From: Okamejei kenojei
Lineage: Eukaryota
Direction of reading: 5' to 3'
DNA: 64,000 bases
Assembly: GCA_035221665.1 (NCBI GenBank)
Contig: CM069163.1
Location: 22,692,001 to 22,756,000 of the forward strand
Notes under the pieces: model-generated
Seen by the model: the letters and a program-made list of their open reading frames with translations, nothing else
Told to the model about the DNA's origin: nothing
Database searches by the model: none
Shown here: piece after piece, positions 61,833 through 64,000 of the stretch
Layout: every line of letters begins with the position of its first letter
Position numbering within the stretch: the first letter of the stretch is position 1
Translations under genes and position numbers: made by a program

Positions 61833-61925
61833 GCCTTATTGAAGAAGCATGAAGCTCTGATGTCTGATCTAATTGCATATGGAAGCAGCATTCAAGCATT
61901 GAAGGAACAGGCTCAAGGCTGTCGT
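61833..61925 (+). CDS. SPTAN1: SPTAN1 coding exon
   Basis: tccAG/GTaagg; 93 nt; ALLKKHEALMSDLIAYGSSIQALKEQAQGCR. Confidence 0.96.
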
Positions 61926-62075
61926 GTAAGGAATTCGAAGCTTATAACCACGTTGAACAAATTTTCTATACTGAAATTATTTTTAAAAAATTGGTGAACC
62001 TTACAACTTTTAGCCATTAATTTACTTCGGTTGTAAATAAATATGTGCCCGATGGTTGATTTAACAGGTCTCTAA

Positions 62076-62234
<159 letters not shown>

Positions 62235-62674
62235 TAATGCCTTGACAGATTGTGAAGGCGTAAAAAAATGTGTGCTGGTTTTTTCTTTTGTTTATGTTAG
62301 TGTCATAAATCATTTTAATTTCTTCATCTTTGAATATCTAGGGAGTGTGCTTCGGTTTTCTGGGTGAAACATTTCATTGCATTATCAGTTGATGTTGGAT
62401 AGAACATAGAAAATAATATCTATTTTGTCTTTGGAAATGTAGTTCAGTGGTCCTTAGTGCTGTAAAATATGGTTGTTTAGACATGCAGTTGTAGAATGAA
62501 AAACAAAACACATGGAACAGTTGTGTGTTTTTCACTGAATTTTGTAATAAACGCGGGTCGTCTTTATTCTGATATGTGAGCACATCAAAGACCATATGGG
62601 TAATACCATGTCTGTCATATCCAAGGTAGGCAAGGTCTATCAAAGGTAGTTTATCTAATAATAATTTCCTTTGA

Positions 62675-62875
<201 letters not shown>

Positions 62876-63129
62876 TAAGTAACTAAATTTGCTAATGTAT
62901 CACCAGGCATAGAATTTTGCAGAAGTATTAATTCATTAAAGAGCACTGTGCATTTTTGGTGGTTAGATTCAGTATTTCCATTTTGTGTTGGATGACTTCC
63001 CAGACCTTTGTTATTTTCTGTATTTTGCTGTATTTCCTTTTGAGTAATAGTGATCTTGGTTTTCTTTTCCTTCAAGGGATAATTGGTTGAGAATGGCACA
63101 TTTTGAGTGCTGGGGCTAGTATGAAAATT

Positions 63130-63900
63130 GTTTAGAACCTTGGGGAAAGAGCAGAAGAATGGTACTTATGGAATGTGTTGCACTTTGAGAGGTTGATTGT
63201 ACGGGTAAAGTAAAGGTTAATAGCAAGATCATTAACAGCATTGATGTACAGAGGGATCTTGGAGTCAAAGTCCATTGGTCTCTGAAAGTTACAACACAAG
63301 TTGATAGTGGTAAAGACAGTGTATGCTTGCCTTGATCAGTTGGGGGCATTTGGTTTTAAGAGTTAGGGAGTCATGTTGCAGCTTTATAAAACGTTGGTTC
63401 GGCTGTATTTGGAGTATTGTGTGCAGTTCTGCTCACCGCATTACAGGAATGGAGACTTTGGCGAGAGTGCCATAATGCTGCCTGGTTTAGAGGGTATTAG
63501 CTTTAAGGAGGAATTGGGCAAACTTGGATTTTTTTTCTCTGGCGCGTCGGAGGTTGGGTGAATACCTGATAAAAGTATTAAAAAATTACGAGAGACTTAA
63601 CTGGGAGAGACTGTCTGAACCTTTTTTCTCTGCTGCCATTATCAACGATGTGAGGGATAGTTTTAAAGTCGGAAGGGGAATATTCAAAGGAGATAATCAG
63701 TGCAAGTTCTTTGCATAATGCATGCCTGGAACATGCTATCAGAGGTGGTGGTGGAGGCAGATATGGTAATGGCATTTAAAAGGCTTTTAGATCAGCACTT
63801 GGATATGGAGGGATGTGGATCACATGCAGGAAGAAGAGTTTAATTTGATATCATCAGCACATACATTGTGGACCAAGAGCCTGTTCCTGTGTTGTTCTAT
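63130..63900 (+). mobile_element. Degenerate CR1 LINE 3' part
   Basis: QRDLGVKVH, MLQLYKTLVRLYLEYCVQFCSPHYR; 3' UTR ending gcctgttcctgtgttgttctatgt. Confidence 0.85.
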
Positions 63901-64000
63901 GTAAAGGGATGGCTCTTTTAAAAAATATATAATTTTTTTAAAATGTTAAAAAATGTTGAGCTAAATGGTCCCATTTTGTGCTGGATTGATTAAAACATTT

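Overview
Vertebrate genomic DNA, most likely a cartilaginous fish (skate/ray), judged from HE1/V-SINEs, SacSINE1-like SINEs, elasmobranch-type CR1 LINEs and Penelope repeats; it is a draft assembly with 3 N-gaps. Two intron-rich genes lie in tandem on the + strand, in the same order as human 9q34.11. The first is the 3' part of GLE1 (11 coding exons, 16-22207, 478 codons to the stop). The second is the 5' part of SPTAN1/alpha-II spectrin (CpG-island promoter ~29.6-30.0 kb, 22 coding exons 38898-62874, 3155 nt of CDS through the SH3 domain). Most ORFs in the supplied track are spurious or TE fragments. The most notable signals are intronic. (1) A 134-nt TSD-flanked short retroposon (20390-20523, - strand) whose first 54 nt fold into a complete minimal HDV-like (CPEB3-type) ribozyme, with the predicted cleavage site exactly at the insertion's 5' junction. 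(2) A 4.9-kb DIRS1-type tyrosine-recombinase retrotransposon with near-perfect ITRs/ICR but ruined gag/RT/YR ORFs, so probably non-autonomous. (3) A family of short Penelope-derived insertions carrying minimal hammerhead ribozyme cores. Also present: two MITEs, HERO-like LINE pieces, a GC-AG intron, and an SPTAN1 intron that appears absent from the human gene. Family names and human comparisons are from recall, not database searches.
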